Shown here: in pieces, positions 9,718 through 19,404 of the stretch
How positions within the stretch are numbered: the stretch's first letter is position 1
Layout of the letters: each line of letters opens with the position of its first letter
Virus record (IMG/VR): IMGVR_UViG_3300037851_000222
Span: 30,994 to 94,993 of that record
DNA: 64,000 bases
Strand: one strand, 5' to 3'
Source of the DNA: a virus
Made by a program: the position numbers and the translations under genes
The notes under the pieces: model-generated
Database searches by the model: none
The model's input: the letters and a program-made list of their open reading frames with translations, nothing else
What the model was told of the DNA's origin: nothing

Positions 9718-11766
9718 CTACTCCGGGTCCGGGCAGGTGGTGTCATCAATGGTGCAGTCATTTTCCTGCACCGTGGTTCGGATGGCGAAGCACTCCCTCC
9801 CGGGGTTTGTGTCATAGGCCCAGTCCTCTTCCACCCCTCCTGAGACACACTCCCGCGAGACCTCGACCGGATCGCTCCATTCGCTCGTATCACAGTTCCA
9901 CTCGCTCTCCCAGTGGTAGACGCAGTCATAGCAGCAGTTGGACGGCTCAGCCAGCGTTGGCCCATCCGGCGTGTCGGGGCCGGTGGGGCAGTCGCTGCCG
10001 CCGACCGTGCAGGCGTCCTCTTCCGCTGTCTTCCGGGTGGCTTTGCACTCGTTGCCGGCCCCTGCCATGTAGGCCCACGCCGTGACTTGACTGATGCCAT
10101 CCGCCACACATTCGGTGTTGCCCAGCACTGGGTCGCCCCACACACCACTGATGCAGTCCCACTCGGACTCCCAAGTGTAGACGCAATCCCAGTAGATGCA
10201 GTCGGGGACGCATTCATCTTCGACGGTGCTGAACAGCACCCCTTCACCTGTCGCTTGGGTGATGGCCCCCTGGTCTTCGCACAAGCAGCCGCTGCGCAGG
10301 TAGACCTCGGCCCACTCACCGTCCGGGTCGCAGACCCAGTTCTCGGTCTCGTTGGGGCCAGGTGCGCCTTGGTGCTCGCAACCGTCACTGTCGTTGCTGA
10401 TGCACTCGGCGGCGTCGAACTGCCACACGGACTCGCCGTAATCCTCGACACAGATGTACTTGACGTGCGTGCAGCAGGAGACCGGGCAGCACGCGGCTTC
10501 AATGCTGGGCACACGGATCGGGTTGTTGGCCTGCGCCTGGAAGTCAGGCGCCGGCAGCAGTTGCAGCAGTGTGTTCTGATCGTTCTCCCCACACTCGCAC
10601 AAGCCCTGCTCCTCGTACTCGACATGGTCGATGACGTTGTCGAGGTCCAGGTCTTGCTCGGTCAGGGTGGCGTCGGGAGCACAGTCGGCGTTGTCCACGC
10701 AGGCGATGCTGGTCAGCGTCCACTTGGACGTGCAGGTCTGCGTGGCCTCATCGAAGGTGTCTTCGCAGTCGAACACCGCTTGGAGGCAGCAGTCAGGCGG
10801 GGGCGGCGGGGGGGTGCAGCACCGCGGCGGACAGGTGGGGTCGGGCACGACGGCCGGCAACGGTGCACCGCACCGGCAGGCGTACTTGCGCTCCCAGTGG
10901 GCAGTCAGATCGTTGCAGGTGTAGTAGAACCAGCCATGGAGGCATTGGTCGTTCGGCAGACACCGGATGTTGGTCAGCACCCACACGTCGACATTGTTGA
11001 TGCACTGACAGACGTGGTCGTAGGTCAGGCAGCAGTTGTTCTTGGCAGGGTCGGTGGGGTCGGGCGGGTTGTTGCGGTCCTGGGGGTCCGGCGGGTCGAA
11101 GAACACCGGAGGCCCGCCAGCGTTGCAGGCGGCCCCTACCGGTGAGATCGGCAGCGGCAGGATATCGTCAGCCCCAGCCACACCGCAGCAGTTGAGGCCA
11201 CCATGTCCTGCGGTGGCCGCGTTGACCAGCAGGCCGTTGGTCTGCGCTGGCCAAGTCAGGCCGCCGAGGTTGTTCGCTTCCAGCCGGTCTGGTTGGACGG
11301 CGACGTTGCTCAACTGTGAAAACTGCCCGGCGGTGGCCGTGAGCACCGACTCCTCCGCTTGAGCGGGGAAGTGGACGTTGCCCAGGGTCAGGTATTGCGT
11401 GGCCCGAGGTTGGTAGATGGCCAGGATGCGCGTGGGGTGCGTGAACCGGCTCTTGCTCCGGGTGATGTTCCACGTCTTCAGCAGATCGTAAGGGTTGTTC
11501 AGGAACCAGTTGGCCAAGGCTTGGCTGGCAGTCGCCCCGGCCAAGGGGTTGTCGATGAACTCAATGGCCCCATAGGTGGTGCCGCCGGCCGATTCGTAGG
11601 CGACGACGATCTGGTAGCGGTAGTCGGCCCCCCGCTCCTCAAAGCGGACGCTGATGTCCTGAAGGGTGATCTCCGGGTTGACTTGGAAAAACTGATTCAG
11701 CACGCCCGCGATGACGTTGTTGGTCGACCCGGTCGGGATGACGAAGGACTGGATGCGCTGCGTCAT
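9718..11766 (-). CDS. Cysteine-rich, acidic repeat protein
   Basis: Dozens of Cys, repeated CC units, duplicated DCVY(T/H)WESEW(D/N)C motif. Confidence 0.75.
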   Translation of the reverse strand: MTQRIQSFVIPTGSTNNVIAGVLNQFFQVNPEITLQDISVRFEERGADYRYQIVVAYESAGGTTYGAIEFIDNPLAGATASQALANWFLNNPYDLLKTWNITRSKSRFTHPTRILAIYQPRATQYLTLGNVHFPAQAEESVLTATAGQFSQLSNVAVQPDRLEANNLGGLTWPAQTNGLLVNAATAGHGGLNCCGVAGADDILPLPISPVGAACNAGGPPVFFDPPDPQDRNNPPDPTDPAKNNCCLTYDHVCQCINNVDVWVLTNIRCLPNDQCLHGWFYYTCNDLTAHWERKYACRCGAPLPAVVPDPTCPPRCCTPPPPPPDCCLQAVFDCEDTFDEATQTCTSKWTLTSIACVDNADCAPDATLTEQDLDLDNVIDHVEYEEQGLCECGENDQNTLLQLLPAPDFQAQANNPIRVPSIEAACCPVSCCTHVKYICVEDYGESVWQFDAAECISNDSDGCEHQGAPGPNETENWVCDPDGEWAEVYLRSGCLCEDQGAITQATGEGVLFSTVEDECVPDCIYWDCVYTWESEWDCISGVWGDPVLGNTECVADGISQVTAWAYMAGAGNECKATRKTAEEDACTVGGSDCPTGPDTPDGPTLAEPSNCCYDCVYHWESEWNCDTSEWSDPVEVSRECVSGGVEEDWAYDTNPGRECFAIRTTVQENDCTIDDTTCPDPE

Positions 11767-13556
11767 ATTTCAAGCTCGTTGTGTGGGAGTTGCTGGACCG
11801 CGATGACTTGGGCGAAGCTCTCGGGGTTGGTGTCTTCGTGGCCGACCCAAGTCCCCCCATTGTCAGTGGAGTAGAAGGAGCGCCCGAGCACACCGAAGGT
11901 CATGATCCAGGTGTTGCTGAGGCCCTTGCGGTAGGCCAGGGTCACTTCGGGGTCGAAGTTGTCTCCAAAGTTTGCGATGCCGGTGCCGAGGGGTATATTG
12001 CCGACAAAGGTCCAAGTGGTACCATTATCGTCCGACCGGATGAATCCATAGGCCCCGCTACCGCCGTTCACACAGAACACACCGACCAGCCACACCCCGT
12101 TGCCGTCCGTCTCAACGTGCCGGGTGGTGTACGGCCCCGGCAGTGCCAGGGCCAAATTGGCCATGGCCGAGGTGATGTCGGCAGGCGCCCACGATTGCGG
12201 ATTTGAGACTCCCATGACCATAACCAGAGGGCTGCCGAGTGCGTCACGACCCACGGCGACCCCGTACCCGTTGCCCAGCGCGTCGTAGGAGAACGCGGCA
12301 CGGAAGAAATAACCTGGGTTATATGCCTCTAGGGTTGTGACACGGGTTATGGCTGGTATCAGGTTCATGTATTTGTCAGCGAGGAGAACGATTGGATAGG
12401 CGTGTGTGGCTTCCCAACCGAAGATCATCACGTCGCCGTTGTAAAGCCGGTAGCATGCGTTCAGTGACCAGTCCCACGGGGTTGGATAGGGCAGCCCAGC
12501 CACGGTCAGGGCAGGGAAATCTTGGAGAGACCCGAAATCCTCAAACCAGATGATGCTGCCATTGACGTTGGGGTCGTAGTTGTAAATCTGCCGGGACGTG
12601 ATGAAAAGCTGCGGGGGCTGGCCGTAGGTGGCCAAGGTGGCACCCCCTGCGTAGCTGGAGACATCCGGCTGGGTGAAGATGGAGTTGTTCCAAGAGAGCC
12701 CGCGATCCGTTGACTCTTGAAGCACACTGGCGCCGTAGTTGTTCACCGGGATGGAGAACAGGCGGATGTTGGGATACTCCTCTTTCGCCACCAGAATAGG
12801 ATCGGGATTGCCGGTGCCCTCTTCCACGACGACACCGTCCAGGGTGTAGAGGGCGATCCCGAGGGCTTGGTTGTTGCCGGGGCCAGCAAACATGGGGTCC
12901 GGCGGCGGCGGGATGATGTTTCCACAGCAGGACGGCAGCAGGTAGACCAGATTGCTGTTGGGGTCCATCACGGCGTAGTGGCTCACGCCGACCTCGGCCG
13001 TCACGGTCGGGTGGACGTTCAGGGCCACACCGGAGCCCGCACCCGTTCCATCCGGCCGAAGGTAGGTCACGCTGCCCGGCTGACCCGGGAGGATGTCCTC
13101 CTCGGCACGGACCATCAGCAGGTGTTCGGGCAGGTGCCCATGCAGAGGGTTGTCAGCCAGCCCGTCCGTGTAAACCACCAGCAGCCGCAGGGGCGTGGCT
13201 GCGCTGTTCTCCAGGTCGGTGAGGTCCACGATCTTGTAGGGCTTGAGGGGCGTGCCGTTCGGGAAGAACACCTCGTAGGCGGCCTGAACCTCGTCGTGGC
13301 TGCCTTGGAAACCCACGGCCCTGTAGAAGTTCCCCGAGGCGACCGGGGCTGGGGGTGGGGGCAGGATTTCCTCGTAGAGGACGCGCACGACGATGTTGCC
13401 GCCGGTGATGTTGTCCTTCTTCCCCGAGTCGCGGATGATGTCAAAGATCCGCAGGCGCCCCGTGGCGAAAACGGTGTTCAGGTCATCGACGACTTGGTCC
13501 AGGCCGGCGCCGGTGGTATCGCCTGTCGTCAGGATCTTTACAGCGCCGGTGGCCAT
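11763..13556 (-). CDS. Virion protein with Asp-box/BNR beta-propeller C-terminus
   Basis: Start MATGAVK; STDRGLSW, SDDNGTTW and STDNGGTW Asp-boxes after a PSCCG-polyPro linker. Confidence 0.7.
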   Translation of the reverse strand: MATGAVKILTTGDTTGAGLDQVVDDLNTVFATGRLRIFDIIRDSGKKDNITGGNIVVRVLYEEILPPPPAPVASGNFYRAVGFQGSHDEVQAAYEVFFPNGTPLKPYKIVDLTDLENSAATPLRLLVVYTDGLADNPLHGHLPEHLLMVRAEEDILPGQPGSVTYLRPDGTGAGSGVALNVHPTVTAEVGVSHYAVMDPNSNLVYLLPSCCGNIIPPPPDPMFAGPGNNQALGIALYTLDGVVVEEGTGNPDPILVAKEEYPNIRLFSIPVNNYGASVLQESTDRGLSWNNSIFTQPDVSSYAGGATLATYGQPPQLFITSRQIYNYDPNVNGSIIWFEDFGSLQDFPALTVAGLPYPTPWDWSLNACYRLYNGDVMIFGWEATHAYPIVLLADKYMNLIPAITRVTTLEAYNPGYFFRAAFSYDALGNGYGVAVGRDALGSPLVMVMGVSNPQSWAPADITSAMANLALALPGPYTTRHVETDGNGVWLVGVFCVNGGSGAYGFIRSDDNGTTWTFVGNIPLGTGIANFGDNFDPEVTLAYRKGLSNTWIMTFGVLGRSFYSTDNGGTWVGHEDTNPESFAQVIAVQQLPHNELEI

Positions 13557-14350
13557 TGGCGTTCTCCGTTGTGGCAGAGGGCCAGGGCACCCTTGGCCGC
13601 AGCCAGGAACGCCTCGTCTGCGTAAGGGTCGCCGTAGGCGTCGAGGGGGTAGCCGGGGTCCACCGGCCGGGGGGCGTTGTCGGTGTTCTGGAGCATGCTC
13701 GACATCCACCCTTGGATGACGATGCGGCCAGTGCAGTTGAGCACGTCGGTCTCGGTGCGGGGGAAGTTGCCGATGGGCTGCTCAATGCCCATGACCCGCA
13801 TGCGGAAGTTGATGTCCTGGTTGCTGTCCCAGCGCATGAAGGTTGGAATCGGCAGGAAGTGCCCGCCCAGAGCATACTGCTTGGCTGGGTTCGGTTCACC
13901 GCCGGTCAGGTTGTTGATCTTGATGTCCTCAAATACGCCCAGCCGCTCGCTCGACCGCAGGGCCTCAATCTCAAACACTTCATTGATCGGCAACTGCGGG
14001 ATCTCGTAGCTGATCTTGTTGACGATCACCATGTAGTTGTCGGGCACGACGAACCCACTGATGATGTTGTACCACGTCTTGTAGAACAGCATGCAGACGG
14101 TCGTGCTGATCGTGAACGACTTGCCCCAGTAGTTGGCGGCGTTCCACGGCGGTTGGTGGATCGGCAGCAGCAGCGAGCAACCGGGCGCCGAGCCGCGAGG
14201 CTCGGGGGCGTTGACACCGTCCTGGGGCGGCGGTTCGTGCATGAACCTCTCGGCGCGGTCCTGCCGGGCCAAGTCGGTCCAGAAGTACCACATCGCCCGG
14301 TCGAGGATCAGGTCGTCGGGTCCGGTCGGGCGCTTCACTTCGTCAGCCAT
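13538..14350 (-). CDS. Beta-sandwich (jelly-roll-like) virion protein
   Basis: Start MADEVKR; alternating-strand pattern, VVPDNY..I and terminal VIQGW strand shared with neighbours. Confidence 0.5.
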   Translation of the reverse strand: MADEVKRPTGPDDLILDRAMWYFWTDLARQDRAERFMHEPPPQDGVNAPEPRGSAPGCSLLLPIHQPPWNAANYWGKSFTISTTVCMLFYKTWYNIISGFVVPDNYMVIVNKISYEIPQLPINEVFEIEALRSSERLGVFEDIKINNLTGGEPNPAKQYALGGHFLPIPTFMRWDSNQDINFRMRVMGIEQPIGNFPRTETDVLNCTGRIVIQGWMSSMLQNTDNAPRPVDPGYPLDAYGDPYADEAFLAAAKGALALCHNGERQWPPAL

Positions 14351-14873
14351 TGCGGCGCCCTCCGCGCTCTCCGACGTAGGTGGCGGGGTCGGTGTCGGGG
14401 TAGAAGTAGCCGAACAGTCCGACGTAGTAGCGATGCCCCGAGGCGCTGATGTTTCGGACCTCAATCGTCAGTTTGGACTGGAACGCCACGATCTGCTGCA
14501 ACGGGCGCTTGAAACAGGGCCAGAGGATGTTGGCCAAGTCGCGGCAGATTTCCGCGTCCTGGGGCAGGGTGACGTAGGGCATCGGGTTGCCATCGTGCAT
14601 CAGCCGGAACTCGACACCACTGCCTTCTAGCGGCACCTCGGCGGCCACAGCGAAGTGAGTCACGACCCCGACGTAGTGGCTCTTTCCCTCGACGCTGACG
14701 GCCTCGGACCAGAGGGGTTGGTTCATGCCGATGCGGCGGCACCGGGTGGCCAGGAGGGGCAGGGCGTAGAACGGTGCAGTGTTCCAAGCGGGCCGGCGAA
14801 TGCCGGTCTGCCCCGAGCGCAGGGTGAGCGCCGTAGCCCCGATGGCGATGGGGATGGCGGGTGGGAGCGGCAT
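14343..14873 (-). CDS. Beta-sandwich (jelly-roll-like) virion protein
   Basis: GGGAGG RBS; terminal VGLFGYFY strand. Confidence 0.5.
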   Translation of the reverse strand: MPLPPAIPIAIGATALTLRSGQTGIRRPAWNTAPFYALPLLATRCRRIGMNQPLWSEAVSVEGKSHYVGVVTHFAVAAEVPLEGSGVEFRLMHDGNPMPYVTLPQDAEICRDLANILWPCFKRPLQQIVAFQSKLTIEVRNISASGHRYYVGLFGYFYPDTDPATYVGERGGRRNG

Positions 14874-14888
14874 CGGTCGGCCCTCCCG

Positions 14889-15560
14889 TTAAAATGCCAC
14901 GCCGATTTTCGGCCCGCCGGCTTGGTTGAGGGGGCGCCAGGAGTAGCCCTTGAGGCACACGTCCACGTCGGTCGAGCCCACGGCGGCGACAGCGCGGCGC
15001 ACCATGAAGGTGATGCGATCCTCGCGCCAGGACTCGGCCAGGATGAAGGTGCTGGCCGGCAGGACCAGGGTGCCGCGCTGCTCCGCGATGTCTTGCAGGC
15101 CCGGCACGGCCGAGCCGTTCTTGCACACTTGGAACAGGATGCTGCCGTCGTAGGTGTAGAGCGGGTCGAGGACGTTGAACCCGTAGCCCGTGATCCGCAC
15201 GCCCCGCCCCTCGGGCATGGGCACGGTCAGGGCCACGGCGTAGGCGCCGGCCGCAGCCGGGACGGTGACGCGGGCCGACAGGTCGATGGGCTGGGACCAG
15301 TAGTGCGGAGCGTTGTAGGCCGGCTCCGCGGCGGTGAAGTTGGTGTTCTCCAGCAGCTTGACCATGCGCTTCATCAGGAAGGCCACCTCGGCCGCCAGCG
15401 CCGGGGGTACGCCGCTGCCGCGTTGCGGCGCAGTGCCCTGGGCGATGGCGCGGAACCCATCGGGCGGATTGTAGGCCTCGGCGCTACGCCGCCCGTTGGG
15501 GTTCGCTTGGGTGGATTGCGGGGCGCCACCACCCTGGAGGTAGTCCATGTAGGGGTCCAC
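14889..15560 (-). CDS. Beta-sandwich (jelly-roll-like) virion protein
   Basis: MPEGRGVRI and terminal VCLKGYSW strand. Confidence 0.5.
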   Translation of the reverse strand: MDPYMDYLQGGGAPQSTQANPNGRRSAEAYNPPDGFRAIAQGTAPQRGSGVPPALAAEVAFLMKRMVKLLENTNFTAAEPAYNAPHYWSQPIDLSARVTVPAAAGAYAVALTVPMPEGRGVRITGYGFNVLDPLYTYDGSILFQVCKNGSAVPGLQDIAEQRGTLVLPASTFILAESWREDRITFMVRRAVAAVGSTDVDVCLKGYSWRPLNQAGGPKIGVAF

Positions 15561-15572
15561 CTACGGCTCCGA

Positions 15573-16109
15573 TCAGACGTTCGGGGTGTAGCCGTAAATC
15601 TTGAAGCCCAGCAGCGTGAAGAACACGTCATTGTCCGCACCCGACAGGTCGGTCAGGTCGAACGAGACGGTCGTGTTCGCCGGTAGCAACAGGGGCTTCG
15701 GCAAGATGTCGGGACGCTCGGCGGTGCCGACGAACGCCGCGCTGTGGACGGCGCGGTTGTTCAGTTGGCGGTCGCTGGCGTCGATGCGGGTGTCGATCAG
15801 GTAGGCACCGGTCGAGGCACCGTTGACGTAGCGGGCGATGAAGGCCGCGTCGGCGGTGATCTTGATGGTGGCCGTGGCCTGGCCGTTGGCCGCGAGGGCA
15901 TTGCCCAAGCGGCTCGACAACTCAAAGCTGTACGCATACGGCAGCACGTTGGCCGCCGGGTACGCTCCGAGGATGTCGAACAGGGCCTGGCGGATGCTCG
16001 CCAAGCCGAGCATGTTGGCCAGAGCCTCGGGCTGGAGGCTGCGGCCGATTTGCGCCATCTCGGGCGGCATCGGGATTTGACCCTTGCCGGGGAGCATGCC
16101 AGAGTCCAT
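15573..16109 (-). CDS. Jelly-roll-like minor capsid/penton candidate
   Basis: First gene of its operon, AAGGAGGT RBS; PKPLLLPANTTVSF and FTLLGFKI parallel the 51422 protein. Confidence 0.55.
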   Translation of the reverse strand: MDSGMLPGKGQIPMPPEMAQIGRSLQPEALANMLGLASIRQALFDILGAYPAANVLPYAYSFELSSRLGNALAANGQATATIKITADAAFIARYVNGASTGAYLIDTRIDASDRQLNNRAVHSAAFVGTAERPDILPKPLLLPANTTVSFDLTDLSGADNDVFFTLLGFKIYGYTPNV

Positions 16110-16138
16110 TACGGACCTCCTTCGCTGTTGTGCTGTCG

Positions 16139-16181
16139 ATCATACCCTCGTCTAAACGAGGTGCAAGTATTCTGTTTATAC
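16139..16181 (-). promoter_or_regulatory. Sigma70-type promoter with upstream GTATAAAC box
   Basis: GTATAAAC (16181-16174), 7 bp, TTGCAC, 16 bp, TATGAT (16144-16139). Confidence 0.75.
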
Positions 16182-16901
16182 AGAGAATGCCAAGCGTTTC
16201 TTTGATTTATGACGCTTCATCGCCTTAACGTACTTCTCGACCCCCGCATCGGTGGTCAGGTGTGCATAGAGTTTCACCGCGCTGCGAATGGACTCGCAGC
16301 GACGATGGAACTTGGCGGTGGGCAGCACGATGTCCTGACCATTGCGGATGACGACGTGGATGCCGACTGGCTTTTGCTCAAAGAACGGGTAGCGCGGGTT
16401 GTTCTTGACGCCCCGCAGGATTTCCTCCGTCAGGCCGACCTTCATTACTCGGCCGGCGCTGTCCCGCAGCCCCTCGGGGTGGTCGACGGACGGCGAGACC
16501 CAAGCCCTGATCCGCGTCCGCCCCGCCAGTATGTGGGCCACCAGCCGCCGATGGCCGTCGATCACCCGCAGGGTGCCCGCGTCGGTCTGGATGACGTGGA
16601 TGGGCGCGAGCCGCTTGCCCGAGCGCAACTGCTGCGCGTAGGCCAGGGCGTGCGCCTGCTTGGTCGGGTGCAGGTGCTGCCACACCTCGTCGCCCTTGCG
16701 TCCGTAGGTCAACTCCGGGGCCTGCAAGTCGCGGATCCGCACGGAGCGAAGCTGCTCGATCTCGTGCCCGTAGGGACCGGCGACCGCGTCCCGCCGCCAC
16801 GTCCCGAGAGGGTAATTCGGCACCGGCCGGCGCTTGCGGCTGTGGCCGGCGGGGGCCTTGCGGGCGTAGGCTTGGAGGGAGAGGTAGCGGGGGTTGGTCA
16901 T
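16176..16901 (-). CDS. ParB/Srx-like domain protein flanked by NP motifs
   Basis: PIHV...VIDGHRRL; MTNPRY and KNNPRY. Confidence 0.7.
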   Translation of the reverse strand: MTNPRYLSLQAYARKAPAGHSRKRRPVPNYPLGTWRRDAVAGPYGHEIEQLRSVRIRDLQAPELTYGRKGDEVWQHLHPTKQAHALAYAQQLRSGKRLAPIHVIQTDAGTLRVIDGHRRLVAHILAGRTRIRAWVSPSVDHPEGLRDSAGRVMKVGLTEEILRGVKNNPRYPFFEQKPVGIHVVIRNGQDIVLPTAKFHRRCESIRSAVKLYAHLTTDAGVEKYVKAMKRHKSKKRLAFSV

Positions 16902-17989
16902 CCCGGCACCTCCGGTGCGGCGTCCGATGCCTTGACCCTGACGTTCTTGACCACCCGCACCCGGTCAGCGGGGATGGTGCTCTGCCGCAGTCGCAGGATG
17001 TTCGACTCGGGCGCGGCACCCTTGTCCATGACCCAAGTGTCTTCCTCGACGGTGAAGTCTAAGCCCTCCATGTCGATTTCCAACAGGGACACGACACCAG
17101 GGCGCAGGAAGTCATCGCGCAGCAGGAGCGGGATCCATTGCAGGGCGTCACCAGGCGTTGGCGCGACGTGGACCTCGTAGGTCTCGCCGTCGAAGTGCCG
17201 CAGCCCTAGGTACTGCCCCTTCTTCACCCGGCCGCCAACTACTCGATACCAGACGGTCTGTGGCCCCGTCACGACCTCGTCCAGGGCACGCTTGGAGGCT
17301 GCATAGGCCTTGTTGCCGGCCACCTGCTGCGCGACCCACGCCACCACCTCGTCGGTGGGCGCGCCCTCAAACTGCTTCAGGTAGGCTCGCAGGGCGTCGT
17401 CACGGGTGAACGTCGCGGCCCACTCACGCATGATGGGGATGTCGCGGAACCGCTCGGGGAGCCGGCTGGGGTTGGTGATCACGGCTGTCCTCCGGCTGAA
17501 GGCGCCGGTGTTGGCCACCGCCTTGACCTGCTTGGGGTCAAGGACCGCGAGGAAGGCCGGATCGCGGACGGGCACCTTGCCCAGCATGAGGCTTTGCCCC
17601 GGCACCATGACCCCGTCGTGCCCGACCAGCGCGGTGTCGCGCCAAGCCGCCCACCACTGGCTGTCGCCGCCGTGGGCGCCTCGCAGGTCGTTCCATCGCT
17701 CCCTCGTCAGGCGCTTCGGCCGCAGGATGCGCAGGTAGCACGCCATTACCTTGCCGCCGTAGATGCCGGCGAAGTCCCGGTCGTCGGTGAACCAGAACCC
17801 GACTTTGCTCGACCCCTTCCCGGTCTTGGTGCGGTCGAAGCGGTCGAACGCGGCGGTCGTGCCGTGGTAGACCACCAGCGGACGCCCCTGTTCATCAACC
17901 GCTTTGGATTTACCGAACCATTGCCAGAAGTTGACGATACCCGCCTCGGTAGGGTGGATCAACTGCCCGAGACTGTTGTGGCGGATCAC
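16898..17989 (-). CDS. ADP-ribosyltransferase-like (ART-PolyVal-type) protein plus second module
   Basis: NFWQWFGKSK..GRPLVVYHGT, GFWFT, DPKQVK, then VITNP. Probable GTG start at 17989 by alignment with the 18463 ORF. Confidence 0.7.
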   Translation of the reverse strand: MIRHNSLGQLIHPTEAGIVNFWQWFGKSKAVDEQGRPLVVYHGTTAAFDRFDRTKTGKGSSKVGFWFTDDRDFAGIYGGKVMACYLRILRPKRLTRERWNDLRGAHGGDSQWWAAWRDTALVGHDGVMVPGQSLMLGKVPVRDPAFLAVLDPKQVKAVANTGAFSRRTAVITNPSRLPERFRDIPIMREWAATFTRDDALRAYLKQFEGAPTDEVVAWVAQQVAGNKAYAASKRALDEVVTGPQTVWYRVVGGRVKKGQYLGLRHFDGETYEVHVAPTPGDALQWIPLLLRDDFLRPGVVSLLEIDMEGLDFTVEEDTWVMDKGAAPESNILRLRQSTIPADRVRVVKNVRVKASDAAPEVPG

Positions 17990-17999
17990 AACGCCCCGA

Positions 18000-18401
18000 T
18001 CAACCGACCTGCGAGGCCCGCTTGGTGTAGCCGCTGTCGGACTGCCGGGAGGGCTGGTCAATCACCTTGAGGTTGACGTGACTCTCGTTGGCCTTGTCGT
18101 GCAGGCAGGGGCGGTTCTTCATCACGAGAGTATTCTGGTTGATGGCCTTGATCAACTCCCGCTGCACCATGGAGTTCTCGCGGATCGCCTGCACCACTTG
18201 ATCTGTCATCTCGGTCTGCTTGGCGCCGAAGTCGGTTGCCAGCTTCAGCCGATCCTCTTCCGTGTCGTTCAGGCGCTTGGCCAGACGCTCCCACTGGACA
18301 CGGAACCAGACATTTTGCTTGTAAATGTACCACATAAGGACACCAGCGATACTTGCATAGCCGCCAAATGATTTGGCGACTTCCAGCAGTTGCTCAAGCA
18401 T
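18000..18401 (-). CDS. Holin-like small membrane protein
   Basis: One N-terminal TM followed by coiled coil; has its own promoter. Confidence 0.45.
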   Translation of the reverse strand: MLEQLLEVAKSFGGYASIAGVLMWYIYKQNVWFRVQWERLAKRLNDTEEDRLKLATDFGAKQTEMTDQVVQAIRENSMVQRELIKAINQNTLVMKNRPCLHDKANESHVNLKVIDQPSRQSDSGYTKRASQVG

Positions 18402-18430
18402 GATAAGGCTCCGGTTCAGGGTGCGGCTTC

Positions 18431-18458
18431 ATGGTACCGTGCTTCGTATAAACGGCAA
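18431..18458 (-). promoter_or_regulatory. Promoter with GTTTATAC box overlapping the -35/spacer
   Basis: TTGCCG, 16 bp, TACCAT; CGTATAAACG at 18445-18454. Confidence 0.6.
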
Positions 18459-18462
18459 GCAT

Positions 18463-19212
18463 TCACTCGCCCTGGCGGTGTCTCTGTACGACCTTCCAAC
18501 CCTTAGTCTTACAGGCCTTTATCTGTTGATTGGCCTCGGCGTAGGTCAGCTTGGACCGCCGCGCCAGGCCCCATTGGTAGCCGTCGCTCTCGCGCGCCGT
18601 GCAGAGCACCTTGGTCTTGCTGACCCGTCCGTAGCGCCGGGTTGCGAGGCCGCTGGGGGCCTCCAGGGTGATGGAGGTGAGCTTGGTAGGTGGGTTGGTG
18701 ATCACAGGGTCGCTCGGGTCGAAGGTGCCACGGTTGCCGATAGCGGACTTGATTTGGGTGGGGTCGAAGACGATGTAGTAGGTCTCGCCGCTATCTTCGT
18801 CGTACAACCAAACCCCGTCGCAGCCCTCATCTTTGGCTGCCAGCATCAACTCGGCCTCGATCTTGACTTGCCCCAAGTCACCGGGTTCCAAGTCATATTC
18901 GTAGGGGTTTTCCATCTTCAGGTAGACAGGCATGACGTTGTGACCAAAGTATTTTGCAGTTTCTTCATCAGGACTGAAGAAAAACCCTGTAGTATGCTTG
19001 GGGGCTTGAACCCCACGCTTCGCAACGGTGGCACCAAAGTCTTTGTCCGAAAACTGATTGAACTTGGCATTGGTCCCGTGGTAGACGACCAGGGGCACAG
19101 GGCCTTGTTTGGTTATCGTCGTGACCTTGCTGTCCCCGAACCACCGCCAGAAGTTGACAATGCCGGCTTCTGTGGGGTGGATCAGTTTTCCAAGCGAGTT
19201 GTGGCGGATCAT
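18463..19212 (-). CDS. ADP-ribosyltransferase-like (ART-PolyVal-type) protein
   Basis: NFWRWFGDSK, VVYHGT, GFFFS, YIVFDPTQIKSAIGNRGTF, then VITNP. Confidence 0.75.
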   Translation of the reverse strand: MIRHNSLGKLIHPTEAGIVNFWRWFGDSKVTTITKQGPVPLVVYHGTNAKFNQFSDKDFGATVAKRGVQAPKHTTGFFFSPDEETAKYFGHNVMPVYLKMENPYEYDLEPGDLGQVKIEAELMLAAKDEGCDGVWLYDEDSGETYYIVFDPTQIKSAIGNRGTFDPSDPVITNPPTKLTSITLEAPSGLATRRYGRVSKTKVLCTARESDGYQWGLARRSKLTYAEANQQIKACKTKGWKVVQRHRQGE

Positions 19213-19403
19213 CTCGTTAACCCCTCCAGGTCGCGCCCGATGTTGTCAGCCCAGTCGGCGTCGTAGGTCAGTGTCTGCTTGCCCGCCTCAATCATCAGCC
19301 GCCGCTCCTGGGCCAGGTCGAACAAGGTGCGGACCTGCGCGGCGGTCGGCCGCACGACGACGGCGGTCAGGGCGACGATGATGTAGCTGATATGGACGTT
19401 CAT
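19209..19403 (-). CDS. Hypothetical protein
   Basis: Fills the gap between genes and overlaps the downstream start. Confidence 0.45.
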   Translation of the reverse strand: MNVHISYIIVALTAVVVRPTAAQVRTLFDLAQERRLMIEAGKQTLTYDADWADNIGRDLEGLTR

Positions 19404-19404
19404 G

